DNA of 36,085 nt, from positions 1 to 36,085 of the forward strand of contig JAUVMT010000002.1 in the NCBI GenBank assembly GCA_030600085.1. The letters are read 5' to 3'. Source of the stretch: Gemmatimonadales bacterium. Its GTDB lineage: Bacteria; Gemmatimonadota; Gemmatimonadetes; Palauibacterales; Palauibacteraceae. The notes under the pieces were generated by a model. That model was not told the origin of the DNA. It saw nothing but the letters and a program-made list of their open reading frames with translations, and ran no database searches. The position numbers and the translations under genes are program-made. Each line of letters opens with the position of its first letter. Positions within the stretch are counted from its first letter, which is position 1. Shown one piece after another: positions 9,262 to 18,857 of this stretch.

Positions 9262-10004
9262 ACGGCAGGGGAGCTTTCCGCTCGAAGAGGCCGCTCGCGT
9301 CGCGCCTCTTCGAGCATCCCGCTGATCTCGGCGCGCGAGCGGGCGAGCAGATCGTCCCGGTCCCCGGCATCGAGTCCGCTCAATTCGATCGGGGCACCGC
9401 AGCGCATCAGGAGAGGGCGCGGCCGGAGCCGGAGCCCGTCGGGCATGATCTCGGCGCCGCCGTCGACGGCGATAGGCACCAACGTCGTCTGGGTCTCGAT
9501 CGCGAGGGCGAAGGTCCCCTTCTTGAAGGCACCCAGCGCTCCATCCCTGGACCGCGTGCCCTCCGGAAACAGGCCCAGCGACAGACCCTCGTTTTTCATC
9601 CGCTCGCCGGCCCGCCGCATCGCTTCGGCGGCCTGGGATCGATCCGTCCGGTCTATGAATACGTGGCCCGCCTGACGCATGGCGTGCGCGAAGACCGGTA
9701 TCCGGGACAGCTCCTTCTTGGCGATGAAGCGCAGCGACACGGGCAGCGTCGCGAACATCGCCCAGATGTCGAACATGGACTGGTGGTTGCAGACGAAGAT
9801 CTGCGCGCCACCGGGCCGCACATTCTCCAGGCCGGTCACCTCGACCTTCACACCGGCGGCCCGGAGCACCGTCCGGGACCAGTTCCGATGGACCCAGTCG
9901 TAGGCGCCCTTCTTCGCCCTCACCAGACCCGCGACGATGGCGGCCAGGGAGAAGAAGATCGTCGAGACGAGAACGACGATGCTGAACGCCAGGGTGCGAA
10001 TCAC
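9258..10004 (-). CDS. plsC: 1-acyl-sn-glycerol-3-phosphate acyltransferase
   Basis: The acyltransferase motifs NHQSMFD (HX4D) and FPEGTRS are present. The GTG start at 10004 overlaps the thiL TGA (GTGA). The upstream 156 codons of the track ORF are Arg/Gly-rich junk overlapping thiL. Confidence 0.88.
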   Translation of the reverse strand: MIRTLAFSIVVLVSTIFFSLAAIVAGLVRAKKGAYDWVHRNWSRTVLRAAGVKVEVTGLENVRPGGAQIFVCNHQSMFDIWAMFATLPVSLRFIAKKELSRIPVFAHAMRQAGHVFIDRTDRSQAAEAMRRAGERMKNEGLSLGLFPEGTRSRDGALGAFKKGTFALAIETQTTLVPIAVDGGAEIMPDGLRLRPRPLLMRCGAPIELSGLDAGDRDDLLARSRAEISGMLEEARRERPLRAESSPAV

Positions 10005-11011
10005 TCCGTCCTGCCCGGAGCGAAATGGTCGAATCCATCCAGATCGGCCGGGACGCGCGCCCCGGAGGCGGAGGTCCAGGTCGCGCCCTCGCCTTCTTCG
10101 ACGACGCCTACCTTCGTCAGCCCGATCTCGAAGCGCCGCTCGAACTCCGCCTGCACCGTTTCGAGGCTGCCCTCCTCGCAGCAAAGGAGCAGCTCGTAGT
10201 CCTCCCCGCCGGCCAATGCCAGGCCCAGCGCCGCGTCCCGGCTCGCGTACTCGGAAAGAGGCGGAGCCAACGGCACCGCGTCCAGATCTATCCGGAGCCT
10301 CGCCTCGGAGGCGGCAGCGATCTGACGGGCGTCGCCGGCGAGCCCGTCCGACAGATCGATGAGCGCGGTCAGATCGGCGTGCTCGCCGAGCCAGATCGCC
10401 TCCGCGATCCTCGCCGTCGGCCTCTCGAACGCCGCCCTGGCGCGAGGGTCCGGTTCCATCGAACGTCCCCACGCCTGGACCGCCGCGGCGGCGCCGCCGA
10501 CGGCACCGGTAAGCCAGATCTCGTCACCCTCGCTAGCTCCGCCGCGGCCTATCGGCCTGCGGCTGGCGCCGACGGCGCAGACATCGATGGCGACGGCGCT
10601 CGGAGAGTGGGCGAGGTCGCCTCCCAGCAATCCGGTCTCGTGCCGTCGCAGGCATTCTCCGACTCCCTCGCCGAGCGCCACGAGCATGCTCTCTTCCGTT
10701 TCCGGCGGCACCATCAGGGAAACCAGTACGCCGGCGGGACGGGCAGCCATGGCGGCCAGATCCGACAGCGCCGCAGCCGTGGCCCGATATCCGACGGCCT
10801 CCCACCGCAACCAGGCCCGCTTGAAATGAACGCCTTCGACGAAGGCATCCGAGCTGAGAACCACCGATTCGTCGCTCGGCCAGCGGATGACCGCCGCGTC
10901 ATCTCCCGGCGGTATCTCGACCGATGCCGCCTCGGTTCGGACGGCGGCGATGAAAGCTCGAATTCGATCGAACTCAGGACCGGGCTTCATCCGCCCAGGC
11001 TTCAAGCCCAC
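10001..11011 (-). CDS. thiL: thiamine-monophosphate kinase
   Basis: The AIR-synthase-like fold is supported by PEFDRIRAF, PPGDDAAVI, SSDAFVEGVHF and AAALSDLAAMAA. The start is ambiguous: GTG 11011, TTG 11005 (GGGGGAG 5 nt upstream) or ATG 10990. Confidence 0.88.
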   Translation of the reverse strand: MGLKPGRMKPGPEFDRIRAFIAAVRTEAASVEIPPGDDAAVIRWPSDESVVLSSDAFVEGVHFKRAWLRWEAVGYRATAAALSDLAAMAARPAGVLVSLMVPPETEESMLVALGEGVGECLRRHETGLLGGDLAHSPSAVAIDVCAVGASRRPIGRGGASEGDEIWLTGAVGGAAAAVQAWGRSMEPDPRARAAFERPTARIAEAIWLGEHADLTALIDLSDGLAGDARQIAAASEARLRIDLDAVPLAPPLSEYASRDAALGLALAGGEDYELLLCCEEGSLETVQAEFERRFEIGLTKVGVVEEGEGATWTSASGARVPADLDGFDHFAPGRTE

Positions 11012-11037
11012 TCCCCCTACCGTCAGATCGCGCGCGC

Positions 11038-12621
11038 CTACTCGGCCGGAGCCGGAGGCGAGCCGCGCGGCGCCGGAAGAACGAAGAGGTACGGGTGGGC
11101 GACGCTCGAGGAGTCCATGATCAGGGATCGCGCCTCAGGGATCCGGTCGGGCAGCTCCGAGGCCGAGTGGCCCACCGGCTCGGGCGCCAGCAGGGCAGAG
11201 ACGCCCGAGAGGTGAAGCGCGGCCGATGCCGCGTCGGCCGCCGTCAGCCCGACGGCGAGTTGCGCGCCGATGAGACCGGTCAGCACATCGCCGACGCCTC
11301 CGGTGGCCAGGGCGGCGTCACCGCTCGTGCTCACGCGGACCGGCGCCTCACCGTCGGCCACCCAGGAAGGCGCGCCCTTCAGCAGCACAGCGCAGCGGAG
11401 CGCCCGTGAGGCATCACGCGCCGCCATGGGCCCGTCGGCCACGATCTCCTCGATCGGCCTGCCGACCAGCCGGCTCAGCTCGCCCGGGTGCGGCGTGATC
11501 AACGATCCCGGCGGGAGGCGATCGGCCAGCTCATCGGCGGCTCCGGCCCAGGCGTTCAACGCGTCGGCATCCACGACCGCTGGCTTCGCCTCCCGGGCCG
11601 CCTCCTCCAGCGCCGCCTGCACGAGATCGCGTCGCCCGCTCCCCAGGCCCGGACCCACGGCCAGGGCGTGAGCCCACGTCACCGCCTCCCGCACGGCCGA
11701 TTCATCGTCCCATTCCACGAAGATCGTCTCGGGCGCGGCCTTTTGAACGATGTCGCGATTGGCCGGGTCGCCTACGACCCGAACGATGCCGGCTCCGCCG
11801 CGCACGGCGCCGCGGGCGGCTAACACGGAGGCACCGGCCATGCCGCGCTGCCCGGCGATGATCGTCACGTAGCCGGAATGACCCTTGTGAGCGTTCGCCG
11901 GGCGGGGAAGCAGGAGGCGCGAGACCCAGCCATCGGTGATGGCGCGGAAGCTCATGGGGCTCTCCGGCGGCGGAAAGCCGATCTCCACGGCCACCAGGTC
12001 GCCGCAGTAGCCGCGCGCCGGATAGCGCATGAGACCGACGTTCGGCCACCCGAGGCACACCGTGGTCCGCGCCTTGATGCAATCACCGGCCACGGCCCCG
12101 GTCGTGAAGTCCGCCCCACTCGGCCCGTCCACTGCCACGATGGGCAGGCCGGAGGCGTTCGCCGAGCGGATCATGCCCGCGACCGGCTCCCGCGGGGCCC
12201 CCGTAACGCCGGTTCCCAGCAGGCCGTCCAACACCACGGCCTCGCTGGTCAGTAGCGCGTCCAGCCCTTCGGGCCCCTCCAGCTCGAGGGGCCAACCGGC
12301 CAGAACGTTCGGCTCCGGAGGATTGGAGCCGCACCGCACAGCACGTACCTCGCGTCCCCAGGCTGCCAGAGTGCGGCTCGCCACCAGAGCGTCGGCGCCG
12401 TTGTGCCCGCTCCCTACCAGCGCGAGAACACACCCGGTCGGGAAGTCGCGCTGCACGGCATGCGCGATCTCACGGCCGGCTGATTCGATGAGGGCCCGTT
12501 CCGAGATCGCTCCCGACTCCCTGGCGCTGCGATCCAGCTCCGCCATCTCGTCAGCCGTCGGAAGCCACACGAGCTCGGCGCCGAAAGGCAGCGATGGAGC
12601 GGCGGCGGGCTTAGCTGTCAT
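11038..12621 (-). CDS. nnr: bifunctional NAD(P)H-hydrate epimerase / ADP-dependent dehydratase
   Basis: The protein is 527 aa. The YjeF_N half contains VLALVGSGHNGADALVA. The carbohydrate-kinase-like half contains HKGHSGYVTIIAGQRGMAGASVLAA and GGVGDVLTGLIGA. Confidence 0.9.
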   Translation of the reverse strand: MTAKPAAAPSLPFGAELVWLPTADEMAELDRSARESGAISERALIESAGREIAHAVQRDFPTGCVLALVGSGHNGADALVASRTLAAWGREVRAVRCGSNPPEPNVLAGWPLELEGPEGLDALLTSEAVVLDGLLGTGVTGAPREPVAGMIRSANASGLPIVAVDGPSGADFTTGAVAGDCIKARTTVCLGWPNVGLMRYPARGYCGDLVAVEIGFPPPESPMSFRAITDGWVSRLLLPRPANAHKGHSGYVTIIAGQRGMAGASVLAARGAVRGGAGIVRVVGDPANRDIVQKAAPETIFVEWDDESAVREAVTWAHALAVGPGLGSGRRDLVQAALEEAAREAKPAVVDADALNAWAGAADELADRLPPGSLITPHPGELSRLVGRPIEEIVADGPMAARDASRALRCAVLLKGAPSWVADGEAPVRVSTSGDAALATGGVGDVLTGLIGAQLAVGLTAADAASAALHLSGVSALLAPEPVGHSASELPDRIPEARSLIMDSSSVAHPYLFVLPAPRGSPPAPAE

Positions 12622-12670
12622 GACGTATCGGCCGGTTCGCGGCTCGTCCCGACTAAGGGGTGGTTTGATC

Positions 12671-12710
12671 GAGAAAGATAACGCGCCCGCCTCGCGAACG
12701 GAGGCGGGCG
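12671..12710 (-). terminator. candidate intrinsic terminator (second of two tandem hairpins after the zinc-ribbon gene)
   Basis: The minus strand has a perfect 10-bp stem CGCCCGCCTC-CGTTCGC-GAGGCGGGCG. It is followed by CGTTATCTTTCTC, which is T-rich but interrupted. Confidence 0.5.
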
Positions 12711-12728
12711 AGCGCAGCGCGCTCTCGA

Positions 12729-12750
12729 GCCGTCGGCTTCCGCCGACGGC
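12729..12750 (-). terminator. perfect 9-bp GC hairpin (first of two tandem hairpins), no U-tract
   Basis: The sequence is GCCGTCGGC-TTCC-GCCGACGGC, 16 nt downstream of the zinc-ribbon stop codon. Confidence 0.35.
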
Positions 12751-12765
12751 CCGGCTCTGCGGGCG

Positions 12766-12963
12766 CTACTTGAAGGACTGGGACAGAGAGCGGCCGAAGC
12801 TGATCTCGCCGTTGTCGATGCGGATGTTGAAGCCGCACTCCGGGCTGGAGCATACCCATGCTTTGTACCGAATGGATGCTCCGTCCCGGCCGTAATCGGA
12901 CAGCGGGATCAGAACGCCTTCTCCGCATTTCATACAGTCGGGAAATTGCGCCGAGTCTTCCAC
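12766..12963 (-). CDS. small 4-Cys zinc-ribbon protein (about 65 aa), function unknown
   Basis: The protein is VEDSAQFPDCMKCGEGVLIPLSDYGRDGASIRYKAWVCSSPECGFNIRIDNGEISFGRSLSQSFK, with a CxxC-x24-Cx4C pattern. The GTG at 12963 is preceded by GGGAGGGG with a 7-nt spacer. The ATG 12933 start would delete the first Cys, and the track start is 13002. Confidence 0.6.
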   Translation of the reverse strand: MEDSAQFPDCMKCGEGVLIPLSDYGRDGASIRYKAWVCSSPECGFNIRIDNGEISFGRSLSQSFK

Positions 12964-13043
12964 GCGATCACCCCTCCCAGTGGTTGGCGGCCGGCTTCGC
13001 ACCGCTCCAACTCGTCGAGCGGCTTACGGACGGCTTACGCTGC

Positions 13044-13415
13044 TCACTCTCCCCACGGATAGCTGGTCTCGAAGGCCTCCTCGAAGCTGAAGAGATCTTC
13101 GAAGTCCTCCGGAGTATCCGTCGGCTCTTTGATGAGTACCCCCGACTCCACGAGGAGGAACACGACGTTGCCCATGTCCGATGTGGAGTGGATGCCCCAA
13201 TGCTGGAGCACGGTGCGTGCGAGGGGCCCGAATCGCTCCAACGCGAGATCCCGAACCGACTCCGCCAGCTCGGCACCCGTAAGGTGCCGTGGATGCTCGA
13301 GCTGCAACAGGCGGTGATGGAGCGCCTCGAGCACGAATAGGTACGCCGCCTCCGCATAGCGCGGGTTCCGAAGGGCCAAGCGGCCCAACACGTCGGCCGT
13401 CGGAGACGAGCTCAT
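13044..13415 (-). CDS. Minf_1886-like conserved hypothetical protein
   Basis: The protein starts MSSSPTADVLGRLALRNPRYAEAAYLFVLEALHH and continues ...HLTGAELAESVRDLALERFGPLARTVLQHWGIHSTSDMGNVVFLLVESGVLIKEPTDTPEDFEDLFSFEEAF. From memory this pattern matches the Minf_1886 family (TIGR04138) known from Planctomycetes and Verrucomicrobia. G/C-ending codons only become dominant after ATG 13415. The alternative start is ATG 13436. Confidence 0.6.
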   Translation of the reverse strand: MSSSPTADVLGRLALRNPRYAEAAYLFVLEALHHRLLQLEHPRHLTGAELAESVRDLALERFGPLARTVLQHWGIHSTSDMGNVVFLLVESGVLIKEPTDTPEDFEDLFSFEEAFETSYPWGE

Positions 13416-13609
13416 CTTCGCTTCTCTCGCGTTCATCCTGTGCGTCGAAAATCGGCGTGTACAGCGGCGCGCGAGGGATGCAACCCCAAGCGCCGCACCA
13501 AACAACGGGTTTGCGCACCACCAAAACCGAATCTGACGGGCCGGTCTTGGAAGGTCAAGTGCAGGTCGTTCCCCTACTCCCGGAGCTGCGGGCCGCCGGG
13601 TCCACCGCG

Positions 13610-14233
13610 TCAGGCCGGCAGGAGAATTGACTCGTCGCCTCCGGCGATCCTGATCCTGCCCGCCGTCGAGTCCCTCAGGACGGACCGCAGGCCGGCCGCG
13701 GCGGTACGCGGCACCCCTATCTCGAGCTCGGCAGACTCGGAGAAGGTCTCCTCCAATCGCACCGCATCCGCAGCGTCGAGCGCGCGCATGACGGCGCCCG
13801 TGTCGTCGTGGCCGAAGCGGAGGCGGAGCTTGACCCCTTGCACCAATCTTCGCCGTCCCGCCGAAGCCAGTGCCTGCGTCGCCGCGGTCGCGTACGCTCG
13901 AGCGAGCGGCCCCGTGCCCAGTTTCGTTCCGCCGAAGTAGCGCGTCACCACGACGGCCGCATCGGTGAGCCCGCTGCCGGCGAGCGCGTCCAGCACCGGA
14001 CGCCCACCCGTACCCGCGGGCTCGCCATCGTCATCCAGCAGCTCGGTACCGGCAGCCAGACGTGCGGCGAGCACGTGGTGAGTCGCGTCGTGAAACCGTC
14101 GACGAACCTCCGCGCGAAAGTCGCGGGCCTCGTCCTCCGACGAGACGGCGCGCACGAAGGCGATGAACCGGGAGCCGCGCTCGCGATACTCAGCGCTCGC
14201 GGCATCGGCAGGCACCTCGATCAGCTCGGACAA
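13610..14233 (-). CDS. yigZ: IMPACT/YigZ family protein
   Basis: Matches to E. coli YigZ blocks include RGSRFIAFV, HHVLAARL, DDDGEPAGTGGRPVL and VVVTRYFGGTKLGTGPLARAY. I prefer TTG 14233, which has GAGG 5 nt upstream. The track start at 14302 overlaps glyA by 52 nt and has weak codon bias. Confidence 0.8.
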   Translation of the reverse strand: MSELIEVPADAASAEYRERGSRFIAFVRAVSSEDEARDFRAEVRRRFHDATHHVLAARLAAGTELLDDDGEPAGTGGRPVLDALAGSGLTDAAVVVTRYFGGTKLGTGPLARAYATAATQALASAGRRRLVQGVKLRLRFGHDDTGAVMRALDAADAVRLEETFSESAELEIGVPRTAAAGLRSVLRDSTAGRIRIAGGDESILLPA

Positions 14234-14250
14234 AGGCGCCTCAGGAGGGG

Positions 14251-15564
14251 TCAGCTCGCGGAGCCGGCTCCGGCCGGCTCGTACAGCGGGAACGCCTCGC
14301 ACATCTCCGACACCTCACCGCGAACCGCGTCGACCACGGAGTTGGATCCACCGGACCGGAGCACGCGGTCCATCATGGCCGCAATCGCGCGCATCTCCGC
14401 GTCCGCCATCCCGCGGGTGGTGACGGCCGAAGTGCCGATGCGAATCCCGGAGGTCACGAAGGGAGAGCGGGTCTCGAACGGCACCGTGTTCTTGTTCACC
14501 GTGATGCCCGCACGCTCGAGCCTCTCCTCAGCGTCCTTCCCCGTGAGGTCGGTGTTGCGAAGGTCGAGCAGGAGAAGGTGGGTGTCCGTCCCGCCCGCCA
14601 CGAGCTGATACTCTCGTTCACCGAGCGACTCGCCGAGCGCCTTGGCGTTACGGACGACCTGAGCCGTATAGGCGCGAAAGCCCTCGTTCTGGGCCTCCCG
14701 AAGAGCGACCGCTTTCGCCGCGATCACGTGCATCAACGGTCCGCCCTGCATCCCCGGAAAGACCGACTTGTCGATCGCCTTCGCGTGCTCTTCGCGACAG
14801 AGGATGAGCCCGCCTCGCGGCCCGCGGAGCGTCTTGTGGGTGGTCGTCGTGACCACGTCGGAATGAGGGATCGGGGAGGGGTGCACGCCCGCCGCGATGA
14901 GGCCCGCGATGTGCGCCATGTCCACCATCAGGACCGCACCCACCTCTCGCGCGACCTCGGCGAACTCTTCGAACGGAAGGGTGCGCGGGTACGCGCTCGC
15001 TCCCGCCACGATCATGTCGGGGTTCTCGCGCCGGGCGGTCTCGCGCACGGCATCCATATCGACACGGCCGTCGTCCTGCCGGACACCGTAGTCGACGACC
15101 CGGTACAGCTTCCCGCTGAAGTTCACCGGAGAGCCGTGGGTGAGGTGTCCGCCGTGCGAGAGGTTCATCCCGAGAATCGTGTCCCCGGGACTCAGGAAGG
15201 CGAAGTAGGCGGCGATGTTGGCCTGCGACCCGCTGTGCGGCTGCACATTCGCGTGATCGGCTTCGAACAGCTCCTTGGCGCGCTCGCGGGCGAGACTCTC
15301 GACCCGGTCTACGTACTCGCAGCCGCCGTAATAGCGCTTCCCGGGATAGCCCTCCGCGTACTTGTTGGTGAGCACCGAGCCCATCGCCTCCAGCACCGCG
15401 GGCGAAACGAAATTCTCGCTCGCGATGAGCTCAAGGCCACGACGCTGCCGGTCGGATTCACCGCAGATGGCCTCGTAGACTTCCGGGTCGGTCTCGGCCA
15501 GCATGCCTTCCGGCGTGGGGCACGACGGTGCCGTGGTCGCCGTTCCGTATCGTGGCTCGCTCAT
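14251..15564 (-). CDS. glyA: serine hydroxymethyltransferase
   Basis: Motifs LELIASENF and the PLP site [14 protein letters not shown] are present. The alternative start ATG 15504 ([13 protein letters not shown]) would give a more typical N-terminus. Confidence 0.96.
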   Translation of the reverse strand: MSEPRYGTATTAPSCPTPEGMLAETDPEVYEAICGESDRQRRGLELIASENFVSPAVLEAMGSVLTNKYAEGYPGKRYYGGCEYVDRVESLARERAKELFEADHANVQPHSGSQANIAAYFAFLSPGDTILGMNLSHGGHLTHGSPVNFSGKLYRVVDYGVRQDDGRVDMDAVRETARRENPDMIVAGASAYPRTLPFEEFAEVAREVGAVLMVDMAHIAGLIAAGVHPSPIPHSDVVTTTTHKTLRGPRGGLILCREEHAKAIDKSVFPGMQGGPLMHVIAAKAVALREAQNEGFRAYTAQVVRNAKALGESLGEREYQLVAGGTDTHLLLLDLRNTDLTGKDAEERLERAGITVNKNTVPFETRSPFVTSGIRIGTSAVTTRGMADAEMRAIAAMMDRVLRSGGSNSVVDAVRGEVSEMCEAFPLYEPAGAGSAS

Positions 15565-15595
15565 CGTCGCTCGCTAGGCAGGGGTGTCGGTCGCT

Positions 15596-16708
15596 TCAGA
15601 CGTGGGACCGATGAAGTCTCGCGACCCGCTCGACCCGCCGCATCGCCAATCGATCCGCCGCTTCGGCGCTCGTGATCCCCTCGTCTTCGGCCAGCTCGAA
15701 GATGCGCGAGAGGACGCCGTAGATCTCGCCGGCCTTTCGCTTCGAGCGATCCAGCGTCCACCCGACGAGTTCCGAGTACACGTTGATCAAGCCGCCCGCG
15801 TTGATGACGTAGTCGGGCGCGTAGAGGATGCCGCGCTCCCGAAGGCGGTTGTCGTCCTCTTCGGTCTCCAGCTGGTTGTTCGCCGCGCCGGCGACGATAC
15901 TCCCATGAAGCCGGGGAATCGTCCGGCTGTTCAGAACGGCCCCGAGGGCGCAGGGAGCGAAGATGTCCGCCTCCACGTCGTAGATCTCATCCGGTTCCAC
16001 GACGACGGCTCCCAACTCATCGGCCGCTCGATCGACCCGGTTCTGGTCGATGTCGGTCACGATCAGCTTCGCTCCCTCCTCGGCCAGGTTTCGCGCCAGG
16101 TAATAGCCCACGTGCCCGACACCCTGAATCGCGACCGTCTTCTTTCCCAGGTCGTCGTCACCGTACTTCCTCAGGGCACACGCCTTCATCCCACGGTAGG
16201 TACCGAACGCGGTGACGGGCGACGGATCGCCCGAGCGTCCCATGATCCCCACGACGTATTCGGTCTCCGTGTGCACGTAGTCCATGTCCGAGACCGACGT
16301 GCCCACGTCCTCCGCGGTGATGTATCGGCCGCCCAGACTTTCGACCACACGGCCGTGGGCCCGCATGATCATCTCGCGAGTGTGGGTCTTGTTGTCGCCG
16401 ATGATCACGGCCTTGCCGCCGCCGAGGTTGAGCCCGGCGATCGCCGCCTTGAAGGTCATGCTGCGGGAAAGCCGGAGGACGTCGATGAGAGCGTCGAAGT
16501 CGGTCGCGTAGTCCCAGAACCGGGTGCCGCCCAGAGCCGGTCCGAGCGTCGTGTCGTGGATCGCCACGATCCCTTTGTAGCCGCAGGAGGGCTCGTAGCT
16601 GAACACGACCTGCTCGTGGCCGTGCTCGGCGAAGAGGTCGAAGAGCTGGGGCTTGTCCACGCCGGTCGCCTCGACCAATTCGTCGATCTGTACGTCCGTA
16701 TGAGTCAC
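15596..16708 (-). CDS. Leu/Phe/Val-type amino-acid dehydrogenase (leucine dehydrogenase-like)
   Basis: The Glu/Leu/Phe/Val dehydrogenase active-site block is GLNLGGGKAVIIGD and the NAD site is AIQGVGHVGYYLA. The GTG 16708 overlaps the upstream TGA (GTGA). Confidence 0.88.
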   Translation of the reverse strand: MTHTDVQIDELVEATGVDKPQLFDLFAEHGHEQVVFSYEPSCGYKGIVAIHDTTLGPALGGTRFWDYATDFDALIDVLRLSRSMTFKAAIAGLNLGGGKAVIIGDNKTHTREMIMRAHGRVVESLGGRYITAEDVGTSVSDMDYVHTETEYVVGIMGRSGDPSPVTAFGTYRGMKACALRKYGDDDLGKKTVAIQGVGHVGYYLARNLAEEGAKLIVTDIDQNRVDRAADELGAVVVEPDEIYDVEADIFAPCALGAVLNSRTIPRLHGSIVAGAANNQLETEEDDNRLRERGILYAPDYVINAGGLINVYSELVGWTLDRSKRKAGEIYGVLSRIFELAEDEGITSAEAADRLAMRRVERVARLHRSHV

Positions 16709-17892
16709 TGGGCTCCGTCCTGTTCTCTGTAAAGCTGTGCCGCGATGATCCAACGGTGGATCTCGCTCGTGCCCTCGTAAATCTCCGTGATCTTCGAGTC
16801 ACGGAACAGTCGCTCCACCGGGTACTCGCGGCTGTAGCCGTAGCCGCCGAACACCTGCACGGCCTGCCGGCTGATCCACACCGCCGCCTCGCTCGCCACG
16901 AGCTTCGCCGCCGAAGAGAGTCGCCGGCTGCGGGGATCTCCGGACGAGTATGCACGTCCGGCCCGCTCCAACATCGCCAACGCCGCCTCGTATCGCGCGG
17001 CCATGTCCGCGAGCTTGAATTGGGTACCCTGAAAAGCGCGGATCTGAGACCCGAATTGGCTGCGCTCCTTCGCGTAGTCGAGGGCGTGCTCGAGTGCCGC
17101 CTTCGATATGCCGACCGCCTGCGCCGCGATGCCGAGGCGTCCGCCTTCGAGCGCCGCGAGCGCGTAGCGGAATCCGCGATCCGGCTCGCCGATCAGGTGC
17201 TCGGGGCCGAGACGCAAACCCTCCAGGGCGACCTCCACGGTCTCCGAACCGCGCAGACCCATCTTGCGCTCCTTCTTGCTCGGGCGGTATCCAGCCGCGT
17301 CGGTCGGGACGAAGAAGGCGCCGATACCGCGCGACCCGAGACGCTCCTCCGGCGTGTCCGTGCGCGCGAACAGGAGGACGACATCGGCCGAGGCGCCGTT
17401 CGTCACCCAGGTCTTGGAACCGTTCAGGAGCCACCCGTCTCCATCTCGCGTCGCCTGCGAGGTGAGCGCGGCCGCGTCGCTTCCGGAACCGGCCTCGGTC
17501 AGGGCGAAGGCTCCGAGCAGCTCGCCACGGGCCATCGGCTTCAGCCATCTCTCCTTCTGCTCATCCGTCCCGTGCCTGAGGAGGATCTGAGTGGGAAGCG
17601 AGTTGTGCACGCTCATGGAAACGGCTACCGAAGGATCGCCCCAGGCGACCTCGACCAGCGAGTACAGGTAGGTGAGCATGTCCAGGCCCAGCCCGTCGTA
17701 TTCCTCGGGCACCAACATGCCCAGGAACCCCAACTCGCCCAGCTTATCCACCGGCGCCCGATCGAAGCGATCCTCCTCCTCGTCCCGTTGCTGGGCCAGC
17801 GGCCGGAGCTCGGACTGCGCGAAGGAGCGCGCCAGCTCACAGATCTGACGCTGCTCCTCCGTTAGACGGATCCCCAGTGGTGCGTGCAACAT
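16705..17892 (-). CDS. acyl-CoA dehydrogenase (short/branched-chain type)
   Basis: The protein is 395 aa. ACAD family blocks include ALTEAGSGSDAA, KTWVTNG, QVFGGYGYSREYPVERLFRDSKITEIYEGTSEI. Confidence 0.9.
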   Translation of the reverse strand: MLHAPLGIRLTEEQRQICELARSFAQSELRPLAQQRDEEEDRFDRAPVDKLGELGFLGMLVPEEYDGLGLDMLTYLYSLVEVAWGDPSVAVSMSVHNSLPTQILLRHGTDEQKERWLKPMARGELLGAFALTEAGSGSDAAALTSQATRDGDGWLLNGSKTWVTNGASADVVLLFARTDTPEERLGSRGIGAFFVPTDAAGYRPSKKERKMGLRGSETVEVALEGLRLGPEHLIGEPDRGFRYALAALEGGRLGIAAQAVGISKAALEHALDYAKERSQFGSQIRAFQGTQFKLADMAARYEAALAMLERAGRAYSSGDPRSRRLSSAAKLVASEAAVWISRQAVQVFGGYGYSREYPVERLFRDSKITEIYEGTSEIHRWIIAAQLYREQDGAQ

Positions 17893-17901
17893 CGGCCTGC
17901 G

Positions 17902-18771
17902 TCAGCCCTCGCCGTATGAGTAGAACCCACGACCGCTCTTTCGGCCCAGCCGCCCGGCGGCCACGTACTTCTTGAGGAGCGGACACGGCCGGTACTTGTC
18001 GTCGCCAAGGTCACGCTGGAGCACTTCGCAGATCAAGAGGCACGTGTCCAGGCCGATGAGGTCGGCAAGCTGCAGCGGGCCCATCGGGTGGTTCATGCCC
18101 AGCTTCATGACTGTGTCGATCGCCTCCGGGTCGGCCACCCCCTCCATCAGGCAGAACACCGCCTCGTTGATCATCGGCATGAGGATACGGTTGGACACGA
18201 AGCCAGGGAAATCGTTGACCTCCACCGGTGTCTTTCCGAGCCGCTCGCAGAGCGCCACGGTGGCCTCCGTCGTCGCGTCGCTCGTCTCCAGCCCACGAAT
18301 CACCTCGACGAGTTTCATGACCGGCACGGGGTTCATGAAGTGCATGCCGACGACGCGATCCGGACTCTCTACGCCGGAGGCAATCTCCGTGATCGAGATG
18401 GAGCTCGTGTTCGTGGCCAGGATCGTCTCGGGCCCGCTAACCTCCCCGAGCCTCGCGAAGATGTCATGCTTCAGCTCGGCCCTCTCCGGCACCGCCTCGA
18501 CCACGAGCTGGGCGTCGTTCAGCCCGGCGGGATCCGTCGTCGTTCGGATGAGGGCCAGGGCGCCCTCGGCGTCTCCGGCGGAGATCTTCTCCTTCTTCAC
18601 CTGCCGCTGGAGGTTGCCCTTGATCGTCCCGATCGCGCCTTCCAGGACGCCCGCGTCGACATCGACCAACAGCACGTCGAGCCCGGCCATCGAGCAAACG
18701 TGGGCGATCCCGTTCCCCATCGTACCCGCGCCGACAACCCCGACTCGCTGTATGGTTCGCCCCTCTGACAC
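17902..18771 (-). CDS. hbd: 3-hydroxyacyl/3-hydroxybutyryl-CoA dehydrogenase
   Basis: The NAD site is [14 protein letters not shown], with family blocks [21 protein letters not shown] and GFVSNRIL. The GTG start has AGGAG 7 nt upstream. Confidence 0.9.
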   Translation of the reverse strand: MSEGRTIQRVGVVGAGTMGNGIAHVCSMAGLDVLLVDVDAGVLEGAIGTIKGNLQRQVKKEKISAGDAEGALALIRTTTDPAGLNDAQLVVEAVPERAELKHDIFARLGEVSGPETILATNTSSISITEIASGVESPDRVVGMHFMNPVPVMKLVEVIRGLETSDATTEATVALCERLGKTPVEVNDFPGFVSNRILMPMINEAVFCLMEGVADPEAIDTVMKLGMNHPMGPLQLADLIGLDTCLLICEVLQRDLGDDKYRPCPLLKKYVAAGRLGRKSGRGFYSYGEG

Positions 18772-18857
18772 TTCTCAGCTCCTATCGTTGATCGCCCGGA
18801 CCGGGCCGAGTGAAGCCTCGGCTTCCTCCATCCGTCATCGCGTACGTCATGCATCCG

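Noticed and set aside
8416-10199. Two ORFs of more than 500 aa (8416-10038 on the minus strand, 8610-10199 on the plus strand) spanning the SPFH and plsC loci. They could suggest a large overlapping gene.
   Set aside because: Both cross the boundaries of two well-supported genes: SPFH, which has a consensus AAGGAGG site, and plsC, which has the HX4D and PEGTR motifs. Their translations are low-complexity Arg/Gly/Asp-rich sequence.
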